Made by a program: the position numbers and the translations under genes
Part shown: one piece after another, positions 25,309-34,183 of the stretch
Numbering within the stretch: the first letter of the stretch is position 1
Layout: every line of letters starts with the position of its first letter
Source of the DNA: Candidatus Zixiibacteriota bacterium
Lineage (GTDB): Bacteria; RBG-13-66-14; B26-G2; WVWN01
DNA length: 64,000 bases
Direction of reading: 5' to 3'
Assembly: GCA_050117845.1 (NCBI GenBank)
Contig: JASFLY010000004.1
Coordinates: 32,001 to 96,000, forward strand
The notes under the pieces: generated by a model
What the model was told of the DNA's origin: nothing
The model's input: only the letters and a program-made list of their open reading frames with translations
The model's database searches: none

Positions 25309-26514
25309 ATGGCATCGTACGCACGGGAAGTACTGGGACAGGATTACGACGTAATCGTCGCCGGCGGCGGCCCCGCCGGGTCGGCCGCGGCGTGGGCGCT
25401 CGCCCGGGCCGGCGTCCGGGTCCTCGTCGTGGACCGGAAGAAGGAGGTCGGCCGGCCGGTGCGGTGCGCCGAGGGCGTGCCGCGCCGCAAGTTCGAGGGG
25501 TTGATCGAGCCCGACCGCCGCTGGATAAGCGCCGACGTCAACGGCGGCATGGGCCACGGGCCGGAGGGCGTCACGGTCCGCCGGGACTACCCGGGGGTGG
25601 GGTACATCCTGGACCGCGACCTCTTCGACCGGGCCCTCTTCGACCGGGCCTGCGCGGCCGGGGCGACGGGTCTCCTCGGGGCCGACGTGCGGGCCGCCCG
25701 CGAGGCCGAAGGCGGCGTGGAGGTCGACGTCGTCTACAACGGCCGGGAAGGCCGGACGCTGTCGTGCCGGGCCCTCGTGGGGGCCGACGGCGTGGAGTCG
25801 GTGGTGGGCCGCTCCGCGGGCCTCTCGACCGCCGTCCACCCCCGCGACATCAATTCCTGCGCGGAGTACATCCTGGCCGGCGCCGAGATAGAGTACCCGG
25901 ATTACATTCACTTCTATTTGGGGAGGTGTTTCGCCCCCGGCGGCTACGCCTGGGTATTCCCCAAAAGGGACGGCACACACGTCGTGGGCCTCGGGATAAC
26001 GCCGACCGAAGCCGAAGGCCGCGGCCCCTTCCATTACCTCGACGATTTCGTGAAGAAACGTTTCCCCGGAAGCCGGGTCCTGGCCGTCCGCCTCGGCGCC
26101 GTGACGGCGGCCAAACCCCTGCCGCGGATAATCACCGAGCGCGTCGCGCTCGTCGGCGACGCGGCCCGCCAGTCCGACCCGTTCTCGGGCGAGGGGATCT
26201 GCCAGGCCCTCATGGCCGGCCAGGTCGCCGGCGAAGCCATATCCCGGGGCCTGGGGAACGGCAAGCTGGGCGGCGAACTTCGGACCTACCACGATAAATG
26301 GATGGAGGCGTACGGCCAGCGCTACGTGAAGCACTACAAGGTGCGGCGCGTCATCCTGGCCATGAACGACCGCGAGATAAACGATACCATCGAAATCCTC
26401 CGGGACAAGCTGGATATCGCCAATATCAAATCCTCGGAGATATTCTCTACTTTCCTGAAGGCGTTGTGGAAGAATCCGAAACTGGTGTTGCGCTTAAAAC
26501 ACCTTCTCGACTGA
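25309..26514 (+). CDS. Geranylgeranyl reductase family FAD oxidoreductase (digeranylgeranylglycerophospholipid reductase-like)
   Basis: GGGPAG, PVRCAEG, ILDR..FD, GADG.ES, PGGYAWVFPK, VGDAA...P.SGEGI. Confidence 0.88.
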   Translation: MASYAREVLGQDYDVIVAGGGPAGSAAAWALARAGVRVLVVDRKKEVGRPVRCAEGVPRRKFEGLIEPDRRWISADVNGGMGHGPEGVTVRRDYPGVGYILDRDLFDRALFDRACAAGATGLLGADVRAAREAEGGVEVDVVYNGREGRTLSCRALVGADGVESVVGRSAGLSTAVHPRDINSCAEYILAGAEIEYPDYIHFYLGRCFAPGGYAWVFPKRDGTHVVGLGITPTEAEGRGPFHYLDDFVKKRFPGSRVLAVRLGAVTAAKPLPRIITERVALVGDAARQSDPFSGEGICQALMAGQVAGEAISRGLGNGKLGGELRTYHDKWMEAYGQRYVKHYKVRRVILAMNDREINDTIEILRDKLDIANIKSSEIFSTFLKALWKNPKLVLRLKHLLD

Positions 26515-26526
26515 GGGCGGACGGGT

Positions 26527-27243
26527 ATGGATGATCCTAAAGATTTCGAAACGCTGGCGGCGCTCGCGGAGTTGGACGTTCGCAAACGAGACCTCGAGGC
26601 GCTTCTGAAAACCTTGCCGGCGGAGGCCCAGGGCCGGGAGAACGACCTCGCCGCCCGCCGCGAGGAGTTCGCCCGCGTCGAGTATACTCTCCAGGAGTCG
26701 GGCCGCGAACGGCGCCGGTTGGAAGGCGTGCTGGAGGATAAGAACCGCCAGATCGAGAAATACCGCGTCCAGCTCGACGACGTTAAAACCAACAAGGAAT
26801 ACCAGAGTCTCCAGCACGAGATAGCGGTGATGCGGGAAGCCATATCCGAGACCGAGGATAGTCTGCTCGAATATATGGACCGGGCGGACGAGGCCGGCCG
26901 GCAGATCGACGAGCGCCGCGCCGAAGTGGAGCGCTTCGAGGCCGAGGTCGAGCGGCTGGGCCGCGAGTCCCGGGAGCGCCTGGAGGACGCCGAGGTCCAA
27001 CTCGTCGAAGTGGAAGAGAAACGCGCCCGCCTGCTGGCGGCCCTGCCGCAGTCCCTGCACGCCGAGTATCAGCGGCTCTGGGACCATTACGACGGCGGTG
27101 CGTTCGCCGTGGCGGCGGACGGCGTCTGTCGCGGGTGCTACGTGAACATCCCGGCGAAGGTCGTGGCCGAACTCCGGGCCGGCGGCCGCCTGTACCGTTG
27201 TGAGTCGTGCGGCCGCTTCATTATCCGCGTCGAGGACGAGTGA
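26527..27243 (+). CDS. Coiled-coil protein with C4 zinc ribbon (CT398/HP0958-like)
   Basis: Long coiled coil, KTNKEYQSL..EI, CRGC...CESCGR. Confidence 0.85.
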   Translation: MDDPKDFETLAALAELDVRKRDLEALLKTLPAEAQGRENDLAARREEFARVEYTLQESGRERRRLEGVLEDKNRQIEKYRVQLDDVKTNKEYQSLQHEIAVMREAISETEDSLLEYMDRADEAGRQIDERRAEVERFEAEVERLGRESRERLEDAEVQLVEVEEKRARLLAALPQSLHAEYQRLWDHYDGGAFAVAADGVCRGCYVNIPAKVVAELRAGGRLYRCESCGRFIIRVEDE

Positions 27244-27262
27244 GTCCCGGCGCCCCCCGGCT

Positions 27263-28711
27263 GTGAATATCCTTTTCCTAAATCCCCCGTTTCTGCCCAA
27301 GTTTTCCCGTGAACAGCGGAGCCCGGCGGTAACCAAGAGCGGGACCATATATTACCCGATGTGGCTCTCGTACGCCGCGGGCGCCGCGGTCGCCGCGGGC
27401 CACGACGTCCTGCTGGCCGACGTGCCCGCCGACCCCCGGTGGCCGTTCGACCGCGTCCGGGCCGAGGTCCGGGCGGGGAAATTCGACCTCGCCGTCGTCG
27501 CCACCAGCACCCCCAGCATCGCGAACGACGCGGCCGCGGCCGCGGCCCTCGCCGAGGATTGCCCCTCGCTGTGCACGGTCCTCGTCGGGCCGCACGTCTC
27601 GGCGCTGGCCGAACAGACGCTCGCCGAGTACCCGGGCCCCGACGGCGTCATGCGCGGCGAGTACGAGCGCACCGTCCTCCGGCTCGCCGACGCGCTCGCC
27701 GCCGGCGACGACCCCGCCGCCGTCCCCGGTGTGACGTGGCGAGGGGACGACGGCGTCACGTCCGCGCCCCCGGCCGAACTCGAGGACCCGGACACCTGGC
27801 CCTTCGTTTCGGAGACCTACGCCCGCTTCCTGGAGGTCGGCAACTACTTCTATTCCCACAGCCTCTATCCCATCGTGACCATTCTCTCCGCCCGGGGATG
27901 TCCCAACTACTGCATCTACTGCGTTTACCCGCAAACCTTCTCAGGGCACGGCTACCGCCCCCGGGCGACCGAGGCCGTCGTCGAGGAGCTGCGCTTCATA
28001 AAAAGAACGTGGCCCGGCGTCCGGGAGATAATGTTCGAGGACGACACCTTCTCCATCGACCACGCGCGGACGCGGGAACTGTGCGAGGCCATGGCGGCGG
28101 CGGACCTCGGCGTAAAGTGGAGCGCTAACGCGCGTTGCGACCTGGACCTCGAGACGCTGCGCATGATGAAGCGGGCCGGCTGCCGCCTTTTGTGCGTGGG
28201 GGTGGAGAGCGGCAGCGACGACATGCTGGGCGGGATGAAAAAGAGCATGGACCGCGGCCGCATCGAACGGTTCTTCGCCGACGCCGCCCGGGCCGGCGTA
28301 ATGCTCCACGGCTGTTTCATGGTGGGGAACCCGGGCGAGACCCGCGAGACGATGGAGCGGACCCTCTCCTTCGCCAAAAAACTCCGGCCCGACACGGCCC
28401 AGTTCTTCCCGGTGATGGCGTACCCCGGGACCGCGCTCTACCGCTGGGCTGAGAAGAACGGCTACCTCCGGACGACCTGCTTCGCGGAGTGGTTGACGCC
28501 GGAGGGCTCGCACAACTGCGTCATAGACCGGCCTGACCTTCCCGCCGAGGAGCTGGTCGCGTTTTGCGACCGGGCCCGCCGCGAATTCTACCTCTCGCCG
28601 CCGTACCTCGCCCGCAAGCTGTGGCAGGTCCTCGCGCGGCCCGGCGAGTTGAAGCGGACCTGGCGCTCGGGCCGGCGCTTCTTCCGCCACCTTTTAAGGG
28701 GGACACGCTAA
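27263..28711 (+). CDS. B12-binding domain radical SAM enzyme
   Basis: Start moved to GTG 27263 (VNILFLNPP). VLVGPHVS, RGEYE, RGCPNYCIYC, FEDDTF, GVESGS, FMVGNPGET, YPGT.LY. Confidence 0.9.
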   Translation: MNILFLNPPFLPKFSREQRSPAVTKSGTIYYPMWLSYAAGAAVAAGHDVLLADVPADPRWPFDRVRAEVRAGKFDLAVVATSTPSIANDAAAAAALAEDCPSLCTVLVGPHVSALAEQTLAEYPGPDGVMRGEYERTVLRLADALAAGDDPAAVPGVTWRGDDGVTSAPPAELEDPDTWPFVSETYARFLEVGNYFYSHSLYPIVTILSARGCPNYCIYCVYPQTFSGHGYRPRATEAVVEELRFIKRTWPGVREIMFEDDTFSIDHARTRELCEAMAAADLGVKWSANARCDLDLETLRMMKRAGCRLLCVGVESGSDDMLGGMKKSMDRGRIERFFADAARAGVMLHGCFMVGNPGETRETMERTLSFAKKLRPDTAQFFPVMAYPGTALYRWAEKNGYLRTTCFAEWLTPEGSHNCVIDRPDLPAEELVAFCDRARREFYLSPPYLARKLWQVLARPGELKRTWRSGRRFFRHLLRGTR

Positions 28712-28712
28712 T

Positions 28713-29732
28713 ATGGCGCGCCGCACGCCCAAATACGTTTATCAGGAAGTTTTATGGGGCCGCGACGGCCAGTCGCGAATCCGCGAAGGCCGCGTGGGCG
28801 TGTTCGGCCTGGGCGGAACCGGAGCCGCCCACGCCAGCGTCCTGGCCCGCGCCGGCGTGGGGTACCTGCGACTCGTCGACCGGGACATCGTGGAGATTAC
28901 CGACCTTCACCGTACGCACCTTTACGACGAGGCCGACGCGGCCGATCCCACGCCCAAGGCCGAAGCCGCGGCCCGCCACCTCGCCCGCATCAACGCCGAC
29001 GTCGAAACCGAAGCGGTGGTCGCATCCGCCGGGTCCCATAACGTGCGCGAACTCGTCCGCGATTTGGACGTCCTGGTCGACGGCTCCGACAACTACCGCC
29101 TCCGTTTCATACTCAACGATGCCGCGGTCGAGAACGGCGTTCCCATGGTTTACCAGGGAATAGGGGGGGCGAAGGGGGCCGCGATGGCCGTCCTTCCCGG
29201 CGTGGGCCCCTGTTTGCGGTGCTTGCTGCCCCCCCCGGATGACCTCGACGACGCCGGTTCCTGCGCGCGCGTCGGCGTATCGCCGGCGGTCACTTCCGCC
29301 ACGTCGGCCCTCGGCGCCGGCCTGACGCTGGCGCTGCTCCGGGGCGAGGGCGAGGCCGTCGCGGGGCTCTTGACGCGGCTCGTCGACGGCGGCCGGGCGG
29401 CGACCGTGGCGGTGCGGCGCGACCCGTCCTGCCCGACCTGCGGCAAGCGCGAATTCCGTTTCCTCGCTGAGGAAGTGGCGGGCCGCGTCGAACGCTGTTG
29501 CGGCGGCGGCGCTTTCGAAGTTTTCCCGGACGCCGTGATGGAGGTGGACCTCGGGGAATTGGAGAAACGGTTGGCCGCCCGTTACGCCGTCCGGCGCAAG
29601 GAGGGATTGCTGTTCGTAGGGACGGCGGACGGTTCCGCCGTTGTTTTCCGGGACGGCCGGGCCCTTATTTACGGCGCCCGCGACGAACTCGAAGCCCGAA
29701 GCGTTTACGGCCGCCTCTTCGCGCGGGGCTGA
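28713..29732 (+). CDS. ThiF/MoeB family adenylyltransferase
   Basis: GLGGTG, LARAGVG.L.LVDRD.VE, DGSDN...R..LND, CLRC and CPTC zinc motifs. Confidence 0.88.
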   Translation: MARRTPKYVYQEVLWGRDGQSRIREGRVGVFGLGGTGAAHASVLARAGVGYLRLVDRDIVEITDLHRTHLYDEADAADPTPKAEAAARHLARINADVETEAVVASAGSHNVRELVRDLDVLVDGSDNYRLRFILNDAAVENGVPMVYQGIGGAKGAAMAVLPGVGPCLRCLLPPPDDLDDAGSCARVGVSPAVTSATSALGAGLTLALLRGEGEAVAGLLTRLVDGGRAATVAVRRDPSCPTCGKREFRFLAEEVAGRVERCCGGGAFEVFPDAVMEVDLGELEKRLAARYAVRRKEGLLFVGTADGSAVVFRDGRALIYGARDELEARSVYGRLFARG

Positions 29733-29753
29733 GACGCGGCCTTCCCAAGAAGC

Positions 29754-29780
29754 AAAAAGCCGGCGCGAAAGCGCCGGCTT
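29754..29780 (-). terminator. Terminator between convergent genes
   Basis: AAAAAGCCGGCGC-GAAA-GCGCCGGCTT; U tract on the minus strand. Confidence 0.7.
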
Positions 29781-29800
29781 CGTCGTAGGTAGGTGGGGGA

Positions 29801-30841
29801 TTAACCTTTCTTGTGCACGATGAACGAGGGGCCCTGGTCGAGGCTGGTTCCCATTATGCCCCAGACGTCCCCCTGCGCGGCGATGCTTATGGCCCGTACG
29901 GTTCCCAGTTCGCCCGAGGGGACGTAACCGAGGGGCGCCACGTCGTCCTTGACCACTTCGAAGGCCGCGTTGGGGCCCGCGAAGAAGTAGTAGTCCGGCG
30001 GGAAGAAATCGCACGCCGTCAGGTAGCGGCCCTGGCCCGACGCGAATACGCGTTTATACGAAGGGCTTTCGCCGCCCTCGCGCACGTAGATGTTCGTGCG
30101 TCTCGTTACCGGCGGGATGTCGACGAAGTCGGCGTAAACGCCCGAGCCGTCGCTGCGGAAGAAGAACGACGTCGCGTTGTAAAGCGGGTGGGATTCCAGC
30201 GTCCAGAAACCGATGGCGCCGTCCCACTTGTAGCAGTAGCCGCTCCCGTAGTCCACGGCCCACCCGGCCTCGGGGCCGGAGAAGGTCCAGTGGTCCACCG
30301 TGCCGCCCTGCGATAGCGGGAACAGCGACCAGAAGCCGTCGCCGTAGTGATACGCCTCGTAGCCGTCGCTCACCCAAATGTTTTCGGCGTCGGCCGCGGC
30401 CAGCATCGTCATACGGCCGCCGTTGAGGCTGTCGGTCGGGAGTTCGGTCCACGCCTCGCCGTCGTAGTGCAGGACCACCGGCCCGGGGAATACTTCGCTC
30501 TCGCGGTAACCCAGCGCCCACCCGTTGTTCTCGGCCACGAAGTCCAGGGCCGTCAGGGTCGCGCCCGATTCGCCCGGCATGAAGAGCGAGACGTCCCACT
30601 TCTCTCCGTCGTAGGCGTAAATGAGGGCGTCGTTGGTCCCCGTCGTGGCGTTGTACCGGTAGCCGCAGGCGTAGCCCAATTTCTCGCCGAGCATTTCGAT
30701 GTCGGTCAGGATCGTATCGGGCGACGACCACGCGATGTCCCAATAGCGGACGCCCTCCACGCCCACCGGCCCTTCGTCGGAACCGCAGGCGAGCAGCAAG
30801 GCCGCGCCCGCTATCACCGTTAATACCACCGTCTTTCTCAT
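29801..30841 (-). CDS. Lipoprotein of unknown function, beta-propeller-like repeats
   Basis: Lipobox LLLA-C; repeated YDGEKW, YDGEAW, WDG..W motifs. Confidence 0.7.
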   Translation of the reverse strand: MRKTVVLTVIAGAALLLACGSDEGPVGVEGVRYWDIAWSSPDTILTDIEMLGEKLGYACGYRYNATTGTNDALIYAYDGEKWDVSLFMPGESGATLTALDFVAENNGWALGYRESEVFPGPVVLHYDGEAWTELPTDSLNGGRMTMLAAADAENIWVSDGYEAYHYGDGFWSLFPLSQGGTVDHWTFSGPEAGWAVDYGSGYCYKWDGAIGFWTLESHPLYNATSFFFRSDGSGVYADFVDIPPVTRRTNIYVREGGESPSYKRVFASGQGRYLTACDFFPPDYYFFAGPNAAFEVVKDDVAPLGYVPSGELGTVRAISIAAQGDVWGIMGTSLDQGPSFIVHKKG

Positions 30842-30878
30842 AACGCGCTCCTCTTTTTTATCAAACCCGCGCCGCGCC

Positions 30879-32360
30879 CTAGAAGTAACGGGCTACCGTG
30901 AACCGGTGACTGGCCGGCCGGATAACGTCTCCCAGGGGCACGAACAGCGAAATGTTATTTACCGTCAGTTGGTCGCCGCGGTAATCGTAGTTTATAAACC
31001 AATCGTCGTCGAACTTGTACGCTACGCCGCCGAAGAAGACGTTGCGGGGATAGCCGAACAGGTTGTGCTCCCATCCGACCTTGGCCGCTATCTCGTCGGT
31101 CAGCCAGCGCTCTATTCCGAGGCGGGCGAACGTGTGATACGCGACGATGTCGACGTCGTCCACCCGCTCTTCGTCGTCGTCGTAGACCTCGGCCGAGAGG
31201 CTGAAACGATCGTAACCGTAATCGAAGGCCAGCGTCGTCCGGTCCCCCGGGTAGAAGGCCAGGCCGCCGCCGAACTTGTAGTGGCGCTCGCCGCACTCCG
31301 CGTAGCGGTAATTCTCGGCGCTGCGCTCGCCGAAGGGCCCCACGAGGTCCCACGTTTCGCCGCGCCGATCCACCGTGACGTTCGGGATGAACTGCAGCTC
31401 GACCTCGCCGCCCACTCGTAAGTTGCTGAGCAACTCGTAGCGGCCGTTACCGCCGACCGTGATGCCCGTCCCCTTGAGGTCGAGCGACCCGCTCGAGCCG
31501 CGGCTGGTTATGCTGCCCGGGGGTTCCTCGGTCACGGCGTCGTAATAGTCGAGGCCGCTTTCGAGTATCCGGGCGCCCACCGTGCCGCCCACGTCGTAGC
31601 GGTCGTCCGGCCGGAAGGAGTAGCCGCCGCGGATGCGATACTCCTTGACCTCGCGCCGGCCCCAAAGCTCCTCGACGCTGTGATAGCCCTCCACCCCCGT
31701 CGCCGGGAGGAACTCGAAGTCGTACTCCCCTTCGAGCTTTTCGGGCAGGAAGGAGAAGGACCCGCCGACGACGTGCGGCGCGAACTCGGCCGCGCCTGCC
31801 GCCGTTATGCCGTAGCGTTGACTGGTGAGGTCGAGGTGGGTCCAGCCGTCGTCGAACCCGGCCAGGGGGTCGACCGTAACGGCGCCGCCGTTATAGCCCA
31901 GCGCCGCGGCCGTCCGGTCGTATTCCACGGCCCCGCCTATTACCCAGAAGTCGCGGCGGTACGCGCCCAAAGCCCGGCCGCCGAGGCCCGCGGTGTAGGA
32001 GACGTCCAGCCCCGCGTTCTTGTCGGGCTGGGTGGGGCCGGCGCCGGACGAACCGTCGTTCTTCTTGTAGCTGAAGCCGCCGAAGCTAAGGTCGCCGCCG
32101 AGGTCTCCCGCGACGAAGGTCTCCTTGAAGAGGTGGAAGTCCGCCGGGTTCGCCTCGTACGCACGGAAGATGTTCTGTTCGGCGTAGAAGTCGAAGCGGA
32201 GGCCGGCGTCGAAGGCCGGGTAGACGGTACTCTGAACGGGGGCCGCCGGCGCAGGGGTGGGGGGCGCCGGCTCGGGTTCGGTAACCGGGGGCGTGTCCTG
32301 CGCGGCCGCGACGGCGGCGCAGAGGATAAAAAAGCCGTACGTTAACGAGCGCATCCTCAC
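30879..32360 (-). CDS. Putative outer-membrane beta-barrel protein
   Basis: Signal peptide, Pro-rich linker, Gly/aromatic alternating strands, C-terminal RFTVARYF. Confidence 0.65.
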   Translation of the reverse strand: MRMRSLTYGFFILCAAVAAAQDTPPVTEPEPAPPTPAPAAPVQSTVYPAFDAGLRFDFYAEQNIFRAYEANPADFHLFKETFVAGDLGGDLSFGGFSYKKNDGSSGAGPTQPDKNAGLDVSYTAGLGGRALGAYRRDFWVIGGAVEYDRTAAALGYNGGAVTVDPLAGFDDGWTHLDLTSQRYGITAAGAAEFAPHVVGGSFSFLPEKLEGEYDFEFLPATGVEGYHSVEELWGRREVKEYRIRGGYSFRPDDRYDVGGTVGARILESGLDYYDAVTEEPPGSITSRGSSGSLDLKGTGITVGGNGRYELLSNLRVGGEVELQFIPNVTVDRRGETWDLVGPFGERSAENYRYAECGERHYKFGGGLAFYPGDRTTLAFDYGYDRFSLSAEVYDDDEERVDDVDIVAYHTFARLGIERWLTDEIAAKVGWEHNLFGYPRNVFFGGVAYKFDDDWFINYDYRGDQLTVNNISLFVPLGDVIRPASHRFTVARYF

Positions 32361-32399
32361 CTCTCCGCGGGTTGCCTCGCTTACGTTGAAGGTGTATTA

Positions 32400-32473
32400 T
32401 GGGCCCACCAGGATTCGAACCTGGGACCGACCGGTTATGAGCCGGTGGCTCTAGCCAACTGAGCTATGGGCCC
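32400..32473 (-). tRNA. tRNA with CAT anticodon, most likely tRNA-Ile2 (lysidine); CCA not encoded
   Basis: Reverse complement GGGCCCATAGCTCAGTTGGCTAGAGCCACCGGCT-CAT-AACCGGTCGGTCCCAGGTTCGAATCCTGGTGGGCCCA. Paired G1-C72 (not initiator); C4-G69 and C5-G68 fit TilS determinants. Confidence 0.92.
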
Positions 32474-32488
32474 ATTTCTCCAAGTGCC

Positions 32489-32518
32489 AGTATACGGCGG
32501 CCGCCGGCCTTTTGTCAA
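32489..32518 (-). promoter_or_regulatory. Sigma70 promoter of the tRNA
   Basis: Minus strand TTGACA-18 nt-TATACT. Confidence 0.65.
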
Positions 32519-32594
32519 GATATTTTTAATGGTATTCGTAACCTGTGGGGCCTTAAACATGTATCAACGCGGCGCTTGTGGCCTCCGATTAGGC

Positions 32595-32622
32595 AAAAAA
32601 GCCCGCCGGTGAACGCGGCGGG
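32595..32622 (-). terminator. Terminator after small beta-barrel gene
   Basis: Minus strand CCCGCCG-loop-CGGCGGG-C-TTTTTT. Confidence 0.6.
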
Positions 32623-32647
32623 ATGTTTTGTTTTTAACAATCGGGGT

Positions 32648-33241
32648 TCAGAAAAAGTAATTGAACCCCACGTCGAAATTCAGAAGCTGACTACGTTCTC
32701 CCGCTCGTTCGAGGATAATCGTTTCGAATACGACCGCCGGATTGTCAAACAAATACGTGTAACGTGGGCCGGCCTCGATGGCCATGTTATCGGTTACGAA
32801 GTATCGGCATCCGAAGCCGGCGTAAAGGCCGGGCGCTACGTCTACCGACATCTCGCAAGCGTAATCGGTAAATTCGAACGCGGCCGCGGCCCCGGCGCTT
32901 ACGTATGGAACGAACGCCGCAAGAGGAAAGCCGTAATCCATCCCCGCACGCAACATTAGGATCGGGATTTCGTCGAAATAAGCGTAACCAAGCAAATCGG
33001 GGACGACGTGGGGCGCTTCGCGGTATTTATATTTAGCGTACCCGCCACCAAACGAGAGTGTCCAATTCTCGTTAATACCTAAATTGAAAGCTCCTGCGAC
33101 GCCGAACGGTTTTAACTCGTTAACTTCCGTCGCCGCTCCCATCGCCATCCCGGGGGAGTAGAAGGCGGCGACGCCGACGTCCAGCGCCGTCACGGAGGCC
33201 GCGAGGGCGAATATGCAACTCGCGATAATTAGTTTGCGCAT
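32648..33241 (-). CDS. Small outer-membrane beta-barrel protein (OmpW/OmpA-like)
   Basis: Signal peptide, PYVSAGA, G.RYF, C-terminal DVGFNYFF; paralogue of 33404-34033. Confidence 0.75.
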   Translation of the reverse strand: MRKLIIASCIFALAASVTALDVGVAAFYSPGMAMGAATEVNELKPFGVAGAFNLGINENWTLSFGGGYAKYKYREAPHVVPDLLGYAYFDEIPILMLRAGMDYGFPLAAFVPYVSAGAAAAFEFTDYACEMSVDVAPGLYAGFGCRYFVTDNMAIEAGPRYTYLFDNPAVVFETIILERAGERSQLLNFDVGFNYFF

Positions 33242-33403
33242 GGTACTATATCCTCCCGTAAATATTGTTAGTCCTTTTTTGCGATTTAATAATACGGCCG
33301 GGCCGAACCGATGTCAACCGCTATAGGCCCGGGCGCCCGTTCTCAGTATCCCATAATAAAGCCCGCCGGCGATGCGGCGGGCCCGTTCTAATTGGCGAAC
33401 CGT

Positions 33404-34033
33404 TTAGATGTTAAAATTTATACCCACCATGAATTCCACCAGCTGGCTGTGGTCCTCGGACCGGACGAAGTCGTTCTCGTTCCAGCCGTCGTACTCCACG
33501 ACCGGCTCGTCGAAGACGTACGTATAGCGCGGCGCCGCCTCCACGGACCACCGGCCGCCGAGGCCGTAGCGCACTCCTCCCTGAAAGTAAACGCCGGGGT
33601 ACCAGTCGGTGGTGCTGTGGCCGTACGCTGCCGCTCGCTCGCGGACGAACGCGCCCCCTCCGCCGACGTACGGCCTGACGGCGCCGAGGGGGAATTCGTA
33701 ATCGGCGCCGGCCGTGAAGATCCACGTCGGTATCGATAGCACCATGTCGACCTCGGGGAACGTCATGTAGCCCTCCATGTTGCGGTAGGTGAAATCGTTG
33801 TACCCCAGGCCGAAGGCCAGCTCGAGGCCATCGTAAACGCCCATCGTAACGCGCCCCTTGAAGCCGCCGGCGTCGAACTCGCCGCCGCCACCGATCCCTT
33901 CCGACTTCCCGAGGCCGGTGGCGTCGCCGTAGACCCGGCCGGGGGCGTAGAACGCGCCGGCGCTCAGGTCCAGCGAGGCCGCGACGCCGGCCAGGGCGAC
34001 GACGGAAAACCCGATAACTATTATCCGCAACAT
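33404..34033 (-). CDS. Small outer-membrane beta-barrel protein (OmpW/OmpA-like)
   Basis: Signal peptide, AGADYEFPL, PYVGGG, PRYTYVFD, C-terminal VGINFNI. Confidence 0.75.
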   Translation of the reverse strand: MLRIIVIGFSVVALAGVAASLDLSAGAFYAPGRVYGDATGLGKSEGIGGGGEFDAGGFKGRVTMGVYDGLELAFGLGYNDFTYRNMEGYMTFPEVDMVLSIPTWIFTAGADYEFPLGAVRPYVGGGGAFVRERAAAYGHSTTDWYPGVYFQGGVRYGLGGRWSVEAAPRYTYVFDEPVVEYDGWNENDFVRSEDHSQLVEFMVGINFNI

Positions 34034-34183
34034 ATGACATCCTCCTCTATTAATATCCCGACTGCTTGTCGGTCACGCCCATGATTATACTCCTGCCCGG
34101 AGAACAAATCAATACGACGCCTTTCCCGGATTACGGCGAGCCCCGGGGGCGTTTTTTTTTAAAGTATATGTTAGAATGGCGCG

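Noticed and set aside
32400..32473. tRNA as an island integration site
   Set aside because: No integrase and no duplicated tRNA 3' end seen in the window.
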